The notes beneath the pieces were generated by a model. That model did no database searches, was not told the origin of the DNA, and saw only the letters and a list, made by a program, of their open reading frames with translations. The position numbers were made by a program, and so were the translations under genes. A DNA stretch of 64,000 bases from Patescibacteria group bacterium. Its GTDB lineage: Bacteria > Patescibacteriota > Saccharimonadia > Saccharimonadales > JAZKJC01. The stretch covers positions 76,796-140,795 of the forward strand of contig JAZKJC010000005.1 in assembly GCA_040384565.1 (NCBI GenBank), given 5' to 3'. Shown piece after piece: positions 10,302-19,739 of the stretch (the first letter of the stretch is position 1; each line of letters begins with the position of its first letter).

Positions 10302-12060
10302 TTTGACGGGTCCATAGGTCGGCGTAGATTTTGCCGTTTCTGATTAGTTCTTTGTGAGTGCCCTCTTCTGCGACTTCTCCATTATCCAGCACTATGATCC
10401 GGTCCATTTTCTGAATGGTGCTCAGGCGGTGGGCAATTACTATTGTGGTGCGGCCCTCCATAAGTTTCCATAGAGCGTCTTGAATGAATGCTTCTGACTC
10501 TGAATCCAGGGCACTGGTGGCTTCGTCCAAGACTAATATAGGAGCATTCTTTAACATTGCTCGGGCAATAGCGATACGCTGGCGTTGGCCTCCAGAAAGT
10601 TTGACGCCACGTTCACCAACCAGGGTGTCATAGCCTTTGGGTAGCTTCACGATGAACTCGTGGGCGTGTGCCATCTTGGCAATTTCCTCGATTTCCTGTT
10701 GGCTGGCATTGGGCCGGCTGTAGGCAATGTTTTCGGCTAGTGTACGATGGAATAGCAAAGGTTCCTGCGGCACATAGGCAATATGGCGGTGCAGGTCATC
10801 TTGAGTAATTGAGCGGATGTCCTGTCCGTCAATACTGATTGATCCACTGTCAATATCGCTGTAACGCAACAAGAGCCAGGATAGGGTGGTTTTGCCTGAT
10901 CCGGAATGACCAACCAGCCCGATTTTTTCTCCGGCTTTGATATGCAGGTTAATGCGTTTGAACAGGGCGTTGTTGTTCTCGGCATGCGTGAATGACATGC
11001 TAGCTATTTTTATGTCACCACGAACAATCCGGACTTCTTGCGGATCATCAGGATCTTTAATACTAGGTTCAATGTCCAGAATTTTTATCATATCGCTGGC
11101 ATCACCCAGGGCACGGTTATAGTTGCGCAGTACATTTTGAAACTCCCAAAGCCTTTGACCAATGTTGGCGGTGTAGTTGACTATTAAAAACAAAGTGGCT
11201 ATATCGGCCTTATAGACACCTGCGCCAATTATGGCAATGGCCATGGAAGTCACCCCTATACTCGAAGTTATCATGCTCGAATAGGTTTCGCGAATCATCG
11301 TAGCGCTAATTGAACGGTGTCCCATGTTTTTGGTGTGCGTGGCTGACTGCCAGTAACGTTTGGTTTCGTGTTGGCTAGCCGAAAAGCTTTTGACTGCCAT
11401 GACATTGGTAATGCTATCGGCCAGGTTACCGGTTTGTTTACTTTGGGCTTCGGCTTCCAGCGTGTTAGCCTCACGAACTGGCTTAGAAAAATGCACTGCT
11501 CCGACAATATAGATAATTGCCAGTGTTATGAGGGCAAAAGCGAATAGAGGTACCCGTGGTGCCAAGATTGCAATCGTAGCTAGCAGGGCAATCATAAGCG
11601 TATACAGGCTAAAAACAGTTGCGTCTACAAAACGCACATAAGCTCCCGTTAGCTTATTAGATTGTGATACCAGTGAGCCGGCAAAGCGATTAGCATGGAA
11701 ACCGGCACTCATTTGCATAAGGTGATCAAAAATACGCTGGGAAATATCCCGAACAACTCTTACCTCGAGATTCCATATTAGCCAAATATTAAGACGCCAA
11801 ACAGCCACGCCGCTCATGAAAGTCGCAATGCCATAAGCCACAATATATGGGCCAAAACTGCCCCATACGTTGGCATGGTCATAGTTACCTTGACTAATTT
11901 TTTGCAAAACCAAGGACATAATATATGGCACCAGAAAATCTAGCATTAATATAGCTAGGGGTATGGTGAAAATAAGCGGTACCATAAGGCGCTTATACTG
12001 AGCCGCATGATGCCAGAAAAGACTAATGGTCTTCCGGGTAGTAGAAGATGAATTTTTCAT
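10279..12060 (-). CDS. ABC exporter, fused permease/ATPase, paralog 4 (first gene of the minus-strand array)
   Basis: Walker A GHSGSGKTT, signature LSGGQRQRIAIARA, Walker B ILVLDEATSALD, tail WTRQSGGFLDE. Confidence 0.9.
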   Translation of the reverse strand: MKNSSSTTRKTISLFWHHAAQYKRLMVPLIFTIPLAILMLDFLVPYIMSLVLQKISQGNYDHANVWGSFGPYIVAYGIATFMSGVAVWRLNIWLIWNLEVRVVRDISQRIFDHLMQMSAGFHANRFAGSLVSQSNKLTGAYVRFVDATVFSLYTLMIALLATIAILAPRVPLFAFALITLAIIYIVGAVHFSKPVREANTLEAEAQSKQTGNLADSITNVMAVKSFSASQHETKRYWQSATHTKNMGHRSISATMIRETYSSMITSSIGVTSMAIAIIGAGVYKADIATLFLIVNYTANIGQRLWEFQNVLRNYNRALGDASDMIKILDIEPSIKDPDDPQEVRIVRGDIKIASMSFTHAENNNALFKRINLHIKAGEKIGLVGHSGSGKTTLSWLLLRYSDIDSGSISIDGQDIRSITQDDLHRHIAYVPQEPLLFHRTLAENIAYSRPNASQQEIEEIAKMAHAHEFIVKLPKGYDTLVGERGVKLSGGQRQRIAIARAMLKNAPILVLDEATSALDSESEAFIQDALWKLMEGRTTIVIAHRLSTIQKMDRIIVLDNGEVAEEGTHKELIRNGKIYADLWTRQSGGFLDE

Positions 12061-12308
12061 AGCTGCGAGCCTCCTGCTCGCACTGATAGTTAGTTAAAGT
12101 TAGTTTTTATTGAGAATGAACAATTTTTGAAGGATAGGCTAGCAGCCTGTGCGGGCAGCTTTGCCGACAAATTCAAATAACAGTGTGTCTAGCATGGTTT
12201 ATAGCCGCCCTTTCCTTAAATTTAATACAATGTTCAGCATTATACCACAAGCGTCAATAGCACCGCAAATTAAGAATTTAAAGGTTGGCGGTGTAAAATA
12301 TAAACATA

Positions 12309-13982
12309 ATGGCAGAAAACTTTCCTGGTATAGGTCCGGATTTCAGCTCTTTGGCGGAAATCAGTCCGCCAACTCCTGAGAAAAAGGACAAAAAAAAGGA
12401 CAAAAAGGAATCTAAAAAACCTGTTTTTGAGAGCATCAAACAGTCAGAAAAAGATGGCGAAAAAATTAAGGACGACAAGCCGGAAAAGAAGGAACCAACC
12501 GAAAAAGAAGCCCCTTTACAAAAAATGGGCGAGGCAGAGCAAAAGCTGGCCGCAACTGAAATTGCCAAAGATTTAATCGAGGAAAGAAAAGATGAAGTTG
12601 AGGCAGCTCCAGCAGATAGCATTGAAGAAAAGGTGGCCCTTGTTGCTGCCTCGTTTGACGAAGCGCTTGTTCAAGAAATAGCAGATGGCAAAGAGCTTGA
12701 AGCGGCTTTAGAAAATAGCAGCAAACTGACACTTGAAATAGTGGGAATTGAGGCAGGCGAATCTATAGCAGAGCCAACAGAATCTGAGGCTGAAAATACT
12801 GACACTGAAGAGGTCAACGTGCCATCAGAAACAAGTGAACCCACAGAAGAAACAGAAAAAGATGACTCAACTGCATCAGCCGCTACAACCCCATCAGCAT
12901 TACCAAGCGGGCCTACGGGTCCAACCCCACCAGTTCCCCCGCATGGTACTGGTCCAGCCGGACCAAGTAGTCCCGGCGGTGGCGCTTGGGGTCCTACTGG
13001 ACCAGGCGGCGCTGGCTTTACCGGCGGCAATATACCTCATCCCACACCAAACATTACTGCAAGCCAAGCGCCCGAGTACATCAATGTACGTCGTTCCAAC
13101 AGGCGCCATCTCCTGGTAGGAGGTTTAGTCGGGTATATGATTGGGCGCCGTCGAGGGCGTATCAAGACTGAGAAAAAATTACTACCTATCCAGCAAAAGC
13201 TTGAAAAAGAAGTCAAAACTCTAGAACAAAAAATTATTACGCGTGAAGAGAGAATACGCACCATTACCCGGGAACAATTAACCCAAAAACCAGAGATGCA
13301 GCATAAGTTGGTGGAACGGCTGCAAGCCAGCCGTGAACTAAAAGCTGATGCCCGGGAAAAGCCTGGTAAAGTGTTACATAAGGAAAAAATTGGTAAATTT
13401 GCCCTGGCAGGTGAACGGCCATTCAGCCAGGAACGAGAGAGGCAATTAAGCCGCTTTGAGCAGTCCAATACAGAGATGACAAAAGAGCAAATTAAACCAC
13501 CAGAACCAGTTAGAGCGCCAGAAAAGCCCAAAACCGTTGAGCTCATGGCAATGGCCGATCTATTATTGATCGCGGAACATGTAAAAATTGAGGGATCATC
13601 AGTCAAACGACTTTATGAGACAAATCGACTGAACCCGGAAGGCTTGCGCCGTGTCGTAAAGGCCTATTTGCGTGGCGAGCATTACGAACTGACTATACAT
13701 GATAATTTGATTACACCGGAACAGTTTGTGTTCGCGGAAACTTTACAGAAGACAGCTAAACCCGGCACAAGCGCACAGTCTGTGCATGGTGGTGGAGCGC
13801 AAGTTGTGCAGGACGACATTAGCCAGTCCAACCTTCCTGTTAATAATGGGATGTCCCCAAACTCGCAGGCAGTTCCACAGAGCCCCCCAACCGTGCAACA
13901 AAAAAAGCAGTCACATACCGGCGTTAAAACTGCCTCAGTAGTCGGCGCGGTTGCACTCATTATCTATCTGATGATGTTATAA
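12309..13982 (+). CDS. Hypothetical low-complexity membrane protein (557 aa)
   Basis: Long ORF with a Lys/Glu-rich N-terminus and a Pro/Gly-rich segment. It has an internal hydrophobic segment (LLVGGLVGYMIG), a charged coiled-coil-like stretch and a C-terminal hydrophobic anchor (VVGAVALIIYLMML). Confidence 0.55.
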   Translation: MAENFPGIGPDFSSLAEISPPTPEKKDKKKDKKESKKPVFESIKQSEKDGEKIKDDKPEKKEPTEKEAPLQKMGEAEQKLAATEIAKDLIEERKDEVEAAPADSIEEKVALVAASFDEALVQEIADGKELEAALENSSKLTLEIVGIEAGESIAEPTESEAENTDTEEVNVPSETSEPTEETEKDDSTASAATTPSALPSGPTGPTPPVPPHGTGPAGPSSPGGGAWGPTGPGGAGFTGGNIPHPTPNITASQAPEYINVRRSNRRHLLVGGLVGYMIGRRRGRIKTEKKLLPIQQKLEKEVKTLEQKIITREERIRTITREQLTQKPEMQHKLVERLQASRELKADAREKPGKVLHKEKIGKFALAGERPFSQERERQLSRFEQSNTEMTKEQIKPPEPVRAPEKPKTVELMAMADLLLIAEHVKIEGSSVKRLYETNRLNPEGLRRVVKAYLRGEHYELTIHDNLITPEQFVFAETLQKTAKPGTSAQSVHGGGAQVVQDDISQSNLPVNNGMSPNSQAVPQSPPTVQQKKQSHTGVKTASVVGAVALIIYLMML

Positions 13983-13992
13983 TAAACCCCCA

Positions 13993-14850
13993 ATGGAAAA
14001 GATAATACTCTACTACAAATTTGTACCGGTGACCGATCCAGATATGACTATGCGCTGGCAGCGTGAGTTGTGCGAGCGCCTGGGACTAAAAGGTAGGGTC
14101 ATAATAGCCAAGCATGGGATTAATGGCACATTGGGCGGTGAGCTAAAAAATGTTAAATCGTACGTAAAAGCTATGAACCTGACCGAGCAATTTAAGAAGA
14201 TTCAATATAAGTGGAGCGATGGTTCGGCCGAAGATTTCCCGAGGCTATCCATCAAAGTTCGCGACGAGCTGGTAACGCTGGCGCCAGGCGAATCTTTTGA
14301 CGTGCTTAATAGTACGAAAGGCCTCAAACCGAAAGCATGGCATAAATACCTAGAAGATCATCCGGATGCTATTGTGCTGGATGCCCGCAATGATTTTGAA
14401 AGTGACATCGGTGCCTTTAAGGGCAAGAACGTTGTAAAACCACAGATAAAAAACTTCCGTGATATTAAGCCTGAACTGGATAAACTGCCCAAAGATCAAC
14501 CAATATTAACCTACTGTACGGGTGACATACGCTGCGAATACCTAAGCGCCTACATGAAACACAAAGGTTTTGGGGAGGTCTACCATCTAGACGGCGGTAT
14601 AGTAAAATACGGCGAACAATATAAAGATGACGGCCATTGGGAAGGCAAATGCTTTGTTTTTGACAAGCGCTTAAGCGTTGCCTTTTCAGATGATTACAAA
14701 GATATTGGCGACTGCTCGCATTGCCAAAGCAAAACTAGCGAACACGTTAATTGTGCCAACCTAGCCTGTAATCAGTTTATTCTGCTGTGTGAAAACTGTG
14801 ACGAACAAATATACTGCAGCGACTGCGTGAAACTACTGGTCAATAATTAA
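13993..14850 (+). CDS. trhO: Rhodanese-domain tRNA uridine(34) hydroxylase (UPF0176/YceA family)
   Basis: The N-terminus ILYYKF..V.DP...R....E.C..LGLKGRVIIA.HGINGTLGG, a rhodanese region ending YCTGDIRCE, and a C-terminal Cys-rich tail are all typical of the family. Confidence 0.8.
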   Translation: MEKIILYYKFVPVTDPDMTMRWQRELCERLGLKGRVIIAKHGINGTLGGELKNVKSYVKAMNLTEQFKKIQYKWSDGSAEDFPRLSIKVRDELVTLAPGESFDVLNSTKGLKPKAWHKYLEDHPDAIVLDARNDFESDIGAFKGKNVVKPQIKNFRDIKPELDKLPKDQPILTYCTGDIRCEYLSAYMKHKGFGEVYHLDGGIVKYGEQYKDDGHWEGKCFVFDKRLSVAFSDDYKDIGDCSHCQSKTSEHVNCANLACNQFILLCENCDEQIYCSDCVKLLVNN

Positions 14851-14933
14851 GAACATAATGGTACTGCTTGCAAATATAATACAGAATGCTAGGATTGAAA
14901 TCATAGTGAATGTAAGAGTAGTGAGGTTACGAA

Positions 14934-15722
14934 GTGTCAGGTGATAATCATCCAAAAGGAAATTACAGTATGCAATTCTTCAATAGTGATAAGCGCAGTC
15001 GGAACATATTAGTGGTTTCTGGCGTGGGTGCTATAGGCGCAATTTATTACTTTAATAGACGACTATTTAGCGAAATGATAGACATTCCCGTTGCAGCTAT
15101 TCAGAATCCACAAGGAACTGGCTTGATTGTAGGTATTACCGGCTTAGGATATTTATTCAAGAATGTCTTCCAAGAACGTAATAACATGGTGCGCAGAGGC
15201 GTGGCTGCTGCAATGATGACGGGCGGGATACTTGCTGCTGCCGGGTTGTTCGGGACTAATCAAGGATATGGAAATGGTAAGAAAAGTGAACGTGCAGTAA
15301 CTTCTACAACAGACCCAGGCGGATCGACCACTCTACCAGAAAAATCCACGAGTCTACCCACAACAGCTGAAACCAAGAATAAAAAACCGTATGTATTTCA
15401 GTATGCCGATCCAAGGTGTCAAGACCTGGAGCCTAATACGCTTGAGCTTGGCGAAACAATCGGCAAACTTATTAAAAATAATACCCTTAATAGCAACAAA
15501 CAACCCGTATTTTCCCAACCCGACATTGATAAAATTGTATCAGGCCAAGATTTTGATAGTCATCCAGGCATCTCTTTGGATAGGGTAAAAGAAGGCTGGA
15601 CAGTAGATATTAATTGCGCCCCCCAGGCTACAACCACTTCGGCGGCTTTTATAACGTCTAGTACTGTTGAATTTGCTTGGAATCCTCAGGCTGCCATAGA
15701 AGCAGTTTCGGCTGCCGCTTAG
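14934..15722 (+). CDS. Hypothetical membrane-anchored protein (262 aa)
   Basis: Several N-terminal hydrophobic segments are followed by a Thr/Ser-rich linker and a Cys-containing C-terminal domain. The start codon is uncertain (GTG 14934 or ATG 14967). Confidence 0.5.
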   Translation: MSGDNHPKGNYSMQFFNSDKRSRNILVVSGVGAIGAIYYFNRRLFSEMIDIPVAAIQNPQGTGLIVGITGLGYLFKNVFQERNNMVRRGVAAAMMTGGILAAAGLFGTNQGYGNGKKSERAVTSTTDPGGSTTLPEKSTSLPTTAETKNKKPYVFQYADPRCQDLEPNTLELGETIGKLIKNNTLNSNKQPVFSQPDIDKIVSGQDFDSHPGISLDRVKEGWTVDINCAPQATTTSAAFITSSTVEFAWNPQAAIEAVSAAA

Positions 15723-17815
15723 CTTGTAAGGCTACCTTGGGTAGGGTCTGAAACAGAGACCATATATTGTGCCCAGGTCTTTGCTACGCTATTGCTGGAT
15801 ACGCCCTTTATTTCTATTTTCCCCTTGGGGTTGCCTTCCCAGATGACGGCTGTTTGCCCACCATTTCTGTGCCACATACTGCCGCCAAAATAAAAGTCCG
15901 TATTGGTATCGCCCGTGCCGGTTTTGCCTGCGACTGAAGCCGAACCCGAGGCAGGAATGGCTGCCCCGTAAGCAGTACCGTTAGCAGCTGTAATTACTTT
16001 ATTCATAGCCATGATAGCTAGACGGGCCGCAGGCTCCTCGATGACACGTTTGCCACTTTCAGTCGCATGCTGATAGAGCACTTTAGCTTCCTCGGCCTTT
16101 GACGGGTCTTTGTTTGGTTTGCCGGGGATAATTACTGACTTGATTAAAAACGGTGATCTATAAACGCCTTTATTGAGTATTAACCCGTTCATAGCTGCTG
16201 CGATTTGCAGGGTATTATATTGGCCAGTGCCTAGAATGACCGATGGAAATTCTTTTGCCGGAATCCCCAGAGCCTGCAGTGTTTCTATAAACTTAGGAAT
16301 ACCAATATAATCCTGCACAAGGCGGGCTGCTCCGACATTATCGGACTCGGCGACAATATCCCCAATTTGCTTTTTACAGACATCATTGGGGCACTTATGC
16401 TTGGGCTTAACAACCCAGTCTTTGCCACCTACGTCACCTTTAAAGGTTACTGGTGTGCTGATGTCTATTTCGGTTTCCAGTGTTAAAGTTTCATCTGCCG
16501 CAAATGCCAGAGCCGCGATGATTCCCTTAAAAACAGAGCCCGCCTCACGCTTGCCGTGTGCCGCAATATTCAGTTGTTCCTGGTCAAAAGCTTCGTTCCC
16601 AACCATTGCATTGATGGCCCCGCTTTGATGCATAGCTACGCCGGCGCCAGCTACATCAGGCCGTTGAACGTTAGCATCATTCTTTATGACATCACAGAGC
16701 GCTGCTTGATCTTTTGAGTTAATGGTTGTTTCTACTGTGGCGCCACTGTTTATGAGGTCCTGTCTATCCAGACCGGTTTTTTCATGTATCTCAGCAATAG
16801 TATATTCCATAAGATGCCTGGTACAGCGCTGGTTGCCTTCAGGGATATTTATCTGTGGGCGTGACCTGTTGGCTATTATAAAATCTGTAATCTTCATGGC
16901 CTTAAGTCGATCTCTGGCTTCAGCTGTCAGAGCACCTGTTTGAACCATAGCATCCAGAACTTGCTTATACTCTACGGTTCCTTCATGTATCTCTTCAGCC
17001 AGCAGCTCTTCTTTCGTTTTAATTCCATCACCTTCCGTAACAACAAGGTCTCTCTTATCAGGCCTGGCTAGGGTTGAACCAAGATACGCTGACTGGTATG
17101 GCTTCAAGGCTTCAGCTGATGTATTAAAATACGCTTGAGCAGCAGCTTCAGCACCATATGCACCGCGACCAAAATACACAATGTTGAGATACTTTTCTAG
17201 TATCTCCCGTTTGCGCTGCATCCTTTGGTCCTTGGGAACGTTATTTAGGGCTAAGGCAATCCGCATATCATGTATTTTTCGTGCGGCCTCTAGGCTTTTT
17301 CTAGTTGCTAAACCTGTTAATACGCCTTCACTTCGTAAATCTTTTTCGGTCGGTGCCTCGTAAGCATTTTTCACCATCTGGGTATCAATGGTTGAACCGC
17401 CCTGTACGAATGCACCGGCCTGGACATCTTTAATTAATGCTTTCACGGTTCTTGTACCATTCACGCCCTCATGTTCCCAGAAACGCCGGTCTTCAGAGGC
17501 AATCACGGCAGCTACAAGGTTGGGACTAATTTCGCTTAATGGTTTTGGATCAGAGTTCTTGACGGCCATTGTACCTATGGCGGTACTAGTGGGAGTACAA
17601 GGTTTGATATCTTCAAAACAGACCCGTCCAATAACATTGGTCTTGGGTTCAGGAATCGTATTTGCTGGCTGGAGTGCTCGTTCTGTAAGATCGTCTACGA
17701 AGTTAGCCAGTGCGTCTGGCATTTTATCCGGATTTTCATAGAGGTAATAACCGGCACCACTAAGAGTCCCCAGTAAAGCGACCCCCGTGCCTAACAAATT
17801 CATTCTATATCCCAT
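15719..17815 (-). CDS. Class A penicillin-binding protein (glycosyltransferase GT51 plus transpeptidase)
   Basis: GT51 motifs ASEDRRFWEHEGVN and GGSTIDTQ; transpeptidase motifs SVFK (SxxK) and KTGT; N-terminal TM anchor. Confidence 0.9.
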   Translation of the reverse strand: MGYRMNLLGTGVALLGTLSGAGYYLYENPDKMPDALANFVDDLTERALQPANTIPEPKTNVIGRVCFEDIKPCTPTSTAIGTMAVKNSDPKPLSEISPNLVAAVIASEDRRFWEHEGVNGTRTVKALIKDVQAGAFVQGGSTIDTQMVKNAYEAPTEKDLRSEGVLTGLATRKSLEAARKIHDMRIALALNNVPKDQRMQRKREILEKYLNIVYFGRGAYGAEAAAQAYFNTSAEALKPYQSAYLGSTLARPDKRDLVVTEGDGIKTKEELLAEEIHEGTVEYKQVLDAMVQTGALTAEARDRLKAMKITDFIIANRSRPQINIPEGNQRCTRHLMEYTIAEIHEKTGLDRQDLINSGATVETTINSKDQAALCDVIKNDANVQRPDVAGAGVAMHQSGAINAMVGNEAFDQEQLNIAAHGKREAGSVFKGIIAALAFAADETLTLETEIDISTPVTFKGDVGGKDWVVKPKHKCPNDVCKKQIGDIVAESDNVGAARLVQDYIGIPKFIETLQALGIPAKEFPSVILGTGQYNTLQIAAAMNGLILNKGVYRSPFLIKSVIIPGKPNKDPSKAEEAKVLYQHATESGKRVIEEPAARLAIMAMNKVITAANGTAYGAAIPASGSASVAGKTGTGDTNTDFYFGGSMWHRNGGQTAVIWEGNPKGKIEIKGVSSNSVAKTWAQYMVSVSDPTQGSLTS

Positions 17816-17869
17816 GACTTCTCGTTATAACATTACTCGTCAATAATTACCAGTTGATTTTAAAAAAAC

Positions 17870-18408
17870 CTTGCCAAACCTCCCACAATATTGTATATTC
17901 AAACAACATGGAACGAAACATTATGGAGACAAGCGTACAAGTTGAAGCTGAATCTGGTGTAGCGGGCTTAGGAGTAATTACTAAGCTTACTGTACTTGGC
18001 TTAGCCGTTGTATTACTACCCAGAATGTTCATGGGTGGTGATGACCTACCCAAACCACCTACCGCTGCCACTGAAGCCTTAGCACCTGCTGGCGTAGATT
18101 TGTCACCTGAAGATGAGATAGTCGTACCTACTACTGCCACCACTACCCTCCCGCTAGAAACAGCACCCCCAGACACTGCAGCTCCAGAGGCACCACCCAC
18201 CTCAGCTACCACAGCCAAGACAACCGTAACAACCCGAGTCCGCAGCACTACTACGACAAAACCAAAGCCCGCCACCACTGCCAAGCCTACAGCCACCACA
18301 ACTCAACCAACAACTACCGCTCCCGCCATTACGGCCGCACCTCCTACAACAGCATCAACGGCCGCTCCGACTACTACGATGGCTCCGACTACTACAACTA
18401 CTCTTAGC
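17870..18408 (+). repeat. Copy A of a perfect 539-bp direct repeat
   Basis: Base-for-base identical to 19740-20278 (offset 1870 bp) in my reading. The first mismatch is at 18409 versus 20279. Confidence 0.9.
17871..17899 (+). promoter_or_regulatory. Sigma70-like promoter of MERN-family gene 1
   Basis: TTGCCA (17871-17876), 17-nt spacer, TATATT (17894-17899). The ATG follows 8 nt later with no Shine-Dalgarno sequence. Confidence 0.55.
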
Positions 18409-18837
18409 CCACAAGTGATAGCGCGCAATCAGGATTTGGCCGTAGAATCAGAAGTTGCTCAGATGCTAGCTTCAATTAAGACTCAACCTAAGACAATGGT
18501 AGTTGACACATGTCCGCTCTATGATCTTCAAAGAATTATTGACGGCCGACACTTGGTGTTAAGTGGCCTTATACCTTATGTAAAAAACAATACTCGGTAT
18601 TTTGTGGGATGGAATAGCTCAAATAATAATGCTGCCGTAGCAATACGTGAACAGTTTGTGGATGGTACGCAATACAAAATTACGTTTCCCAGTAATGGCA
18701 GAAGCCGTGAAGAAGATCCTGATATAGTGTGCGGTTTGCAATCCAGAATTGTCCAATATGACCCAGGAGATAAGAAAGTATATGGCGTACTGCCAGATGT
18801 GCATCGGGGACTCGTTGGCTTAGTTGTAGAGCCTTAG
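17908..18837 (+). CDS. MERN-family membrane-anchored surface protein 1 (TM anchor, Thr/Pro-rich stalk, Cys-pair C-terminal domain)
   Basis: I chose the start at MERNIMETS because both paralogs start there; the track's 17854 start would run through the promoter. It has the TM segment GLGVITKLTVLGLAVVLL, a T/P/A-rich region of roughly 130 aa, and a C-terminal domain with DTCPLY...IVCGLQSRIVQYDP. Confidence 0.75.
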   Translation: MERNIMETSVQVEAESGVAGLGVITKLTVLGLAVVLLPRMFMGGDDLPKPPTAATEALAPAGVDLSPEDEIVVPTTATTTLPLETAPPDTAAPEAPPTSATTAKTTVTTRVRSTTTTKPKPATTAKPTATTTQPTTTAPAITAAPPTTASTAAPTTTMAPTTTTTLSPQVIARNQDLAVESEVAQMLASIKTQPKTMVVDTCPLYDLQRIIDGRHLVLSGLIPYVKNNTRYFVGWNSSNNNAAVAIREQFVDGTQYKITFPSNGRSREEDPDIVCGLQSRIVQYDPGDKKVYGVLPDVHRGLVGLVVEP

Positions 18838-18856
18838 TAAATTACGACAAAAACAC

Positions 18857-18885
18857 TTGCATATAAAACAAGTATATGGTATATT
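18857..18885 (+). promoter_or_regulatory. Sigma70-like promoter of MERN-family gene 2
   Basis: TTGCAT (18857-18862), 17-nt spacer, TATATT (18880-18885), with the ATG 9 nt downstream. The geometry matches that of the other two paralogs. Confidence 0.5.
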
Positions 18886-18894
18886 TGAACAATC

Positions 18895-19710
18895 ATGGAG
18901 AGAAATGTAACGGCAGAAAACGAAGCTGGTGGAGCATTAACTAAGCTAGTAGGTTTATTTGCACTGTTCGCAACTGTTGGTGCAGTAGCCGGCTGGCAGT
19001 ATCTAGGCAAAGGCATAGACAAAACAACTGATGCGAGCAGAACGGCATTTGATAAAGCGGCAGAGAGCCCAACATCGATACCAGAAGTTACGTCAACTAC
19101 GACTGAGCCACCAGAAGAGGAAGAAATGCTTGCCACTACAACTACAACAAAGAAAACGGTTTCCACTACTAAAGTACCTGTAACTAAAGTACCTGTAACC
19201 ACTTCTATTAAGTCTCCCACAACAACGTCGTCAACGGCTCCCGCAGTTACCTCATCAACGACTACTGTATCAACTACAACAAAAGTTCCTACACCAGGTG
19301 AAAGGGCATACTCCCAAGCCCAGAATTTATATCAGCAGGTCAGGGGTGGAACCCGCCCAATAAGAACAATAGATAGTTGTAGGATATTGGAAGTGAATGT
19401 TACTGGCACAAACCCAGGAAACTTTATGCTCAAGGAAGTCGTATTGTTTGACGTCGGAAGTAATACGGCTGTTTTAGGCGGCTGGGTTGATGATGATAAC
19501 GCGCCTAATCACGGCGAACCGATCATTGTAGGCCATAACGCTACGATTATCTCTGACGCGCAGCAATCCACAGATCGGAAATATTGTGGGCCTCAGTCAA
19601 AGATACTGTTTTATGACCCGGCAAATACTCACCTTGAAGGACTAATCCCTGAAGCGTCTGATTTGCCCGCAGAGAAAACACCGGTCGGTACAGCTGAAAA
19701 AATCGGCTAA
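18895..19710 (+). CDS. MERN-family membrane-anchored surface protein 2
   Basis: It starts MERNVTAENE, has the TM segment LTKLVGLFALFATVGAVAG and a Thr-rich stalk. The C-terminal domain has DSCRILEV...KYCGPQSKILFYDP, aligning with paralog 1. Confidence 0.75.
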   Translation: MERNVTAENEAGGALTKLVGLFALFATVGAVAGWQYLGKGIDKTTDASRTAFDKAAESPTSIPEVTSTTTEPPEEEEMLATTTTTKKTVSTTKVPVTKVPVTTSIKSPTTTSSTAPAVTSSTTTVSTTTKVPTPGERAYSQAQNLYQQVRGGTRPIRTIDSCRILEVNVTGTNPGNFMLKEVVLFDVGSNTAVLGGWVDDDNAPNHGEPIIVGHNATIISDAQQSTDRKYCGPQSKILFYDPANTHLEGLIPEASDLPAEKTPVGTAEKIG

Positions 19711-19739
19711 ACTCATTCAAAACAATAGAATATTATTTA

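Noticed and set aside
12149-12379. 76-aa ORF in the divergent region between the ABC array and the 557-aa gene
   Set aside because: It has no RBS, overlaps the better-supported start at 12309, and shows no recognisable features.
15719-15722. Convergent genes sharing overlapping stop codons (TTAG)
   Set aside because: The overlap is real but is a trivial consequence of tight packing, with no functional implication I can support.
17847-18299. 150-aa minus-strand ORF (duplicated at 19717-20169) rich in Val, Ala and Gly
   Set aside because: It is the mirror image of the Thr/Pro/Ala-rich stalk codons of the MERN genes. The plus-strand genes have promoters, TM anchors and conserved paralogs, and the antisense frame runs through the promoter.
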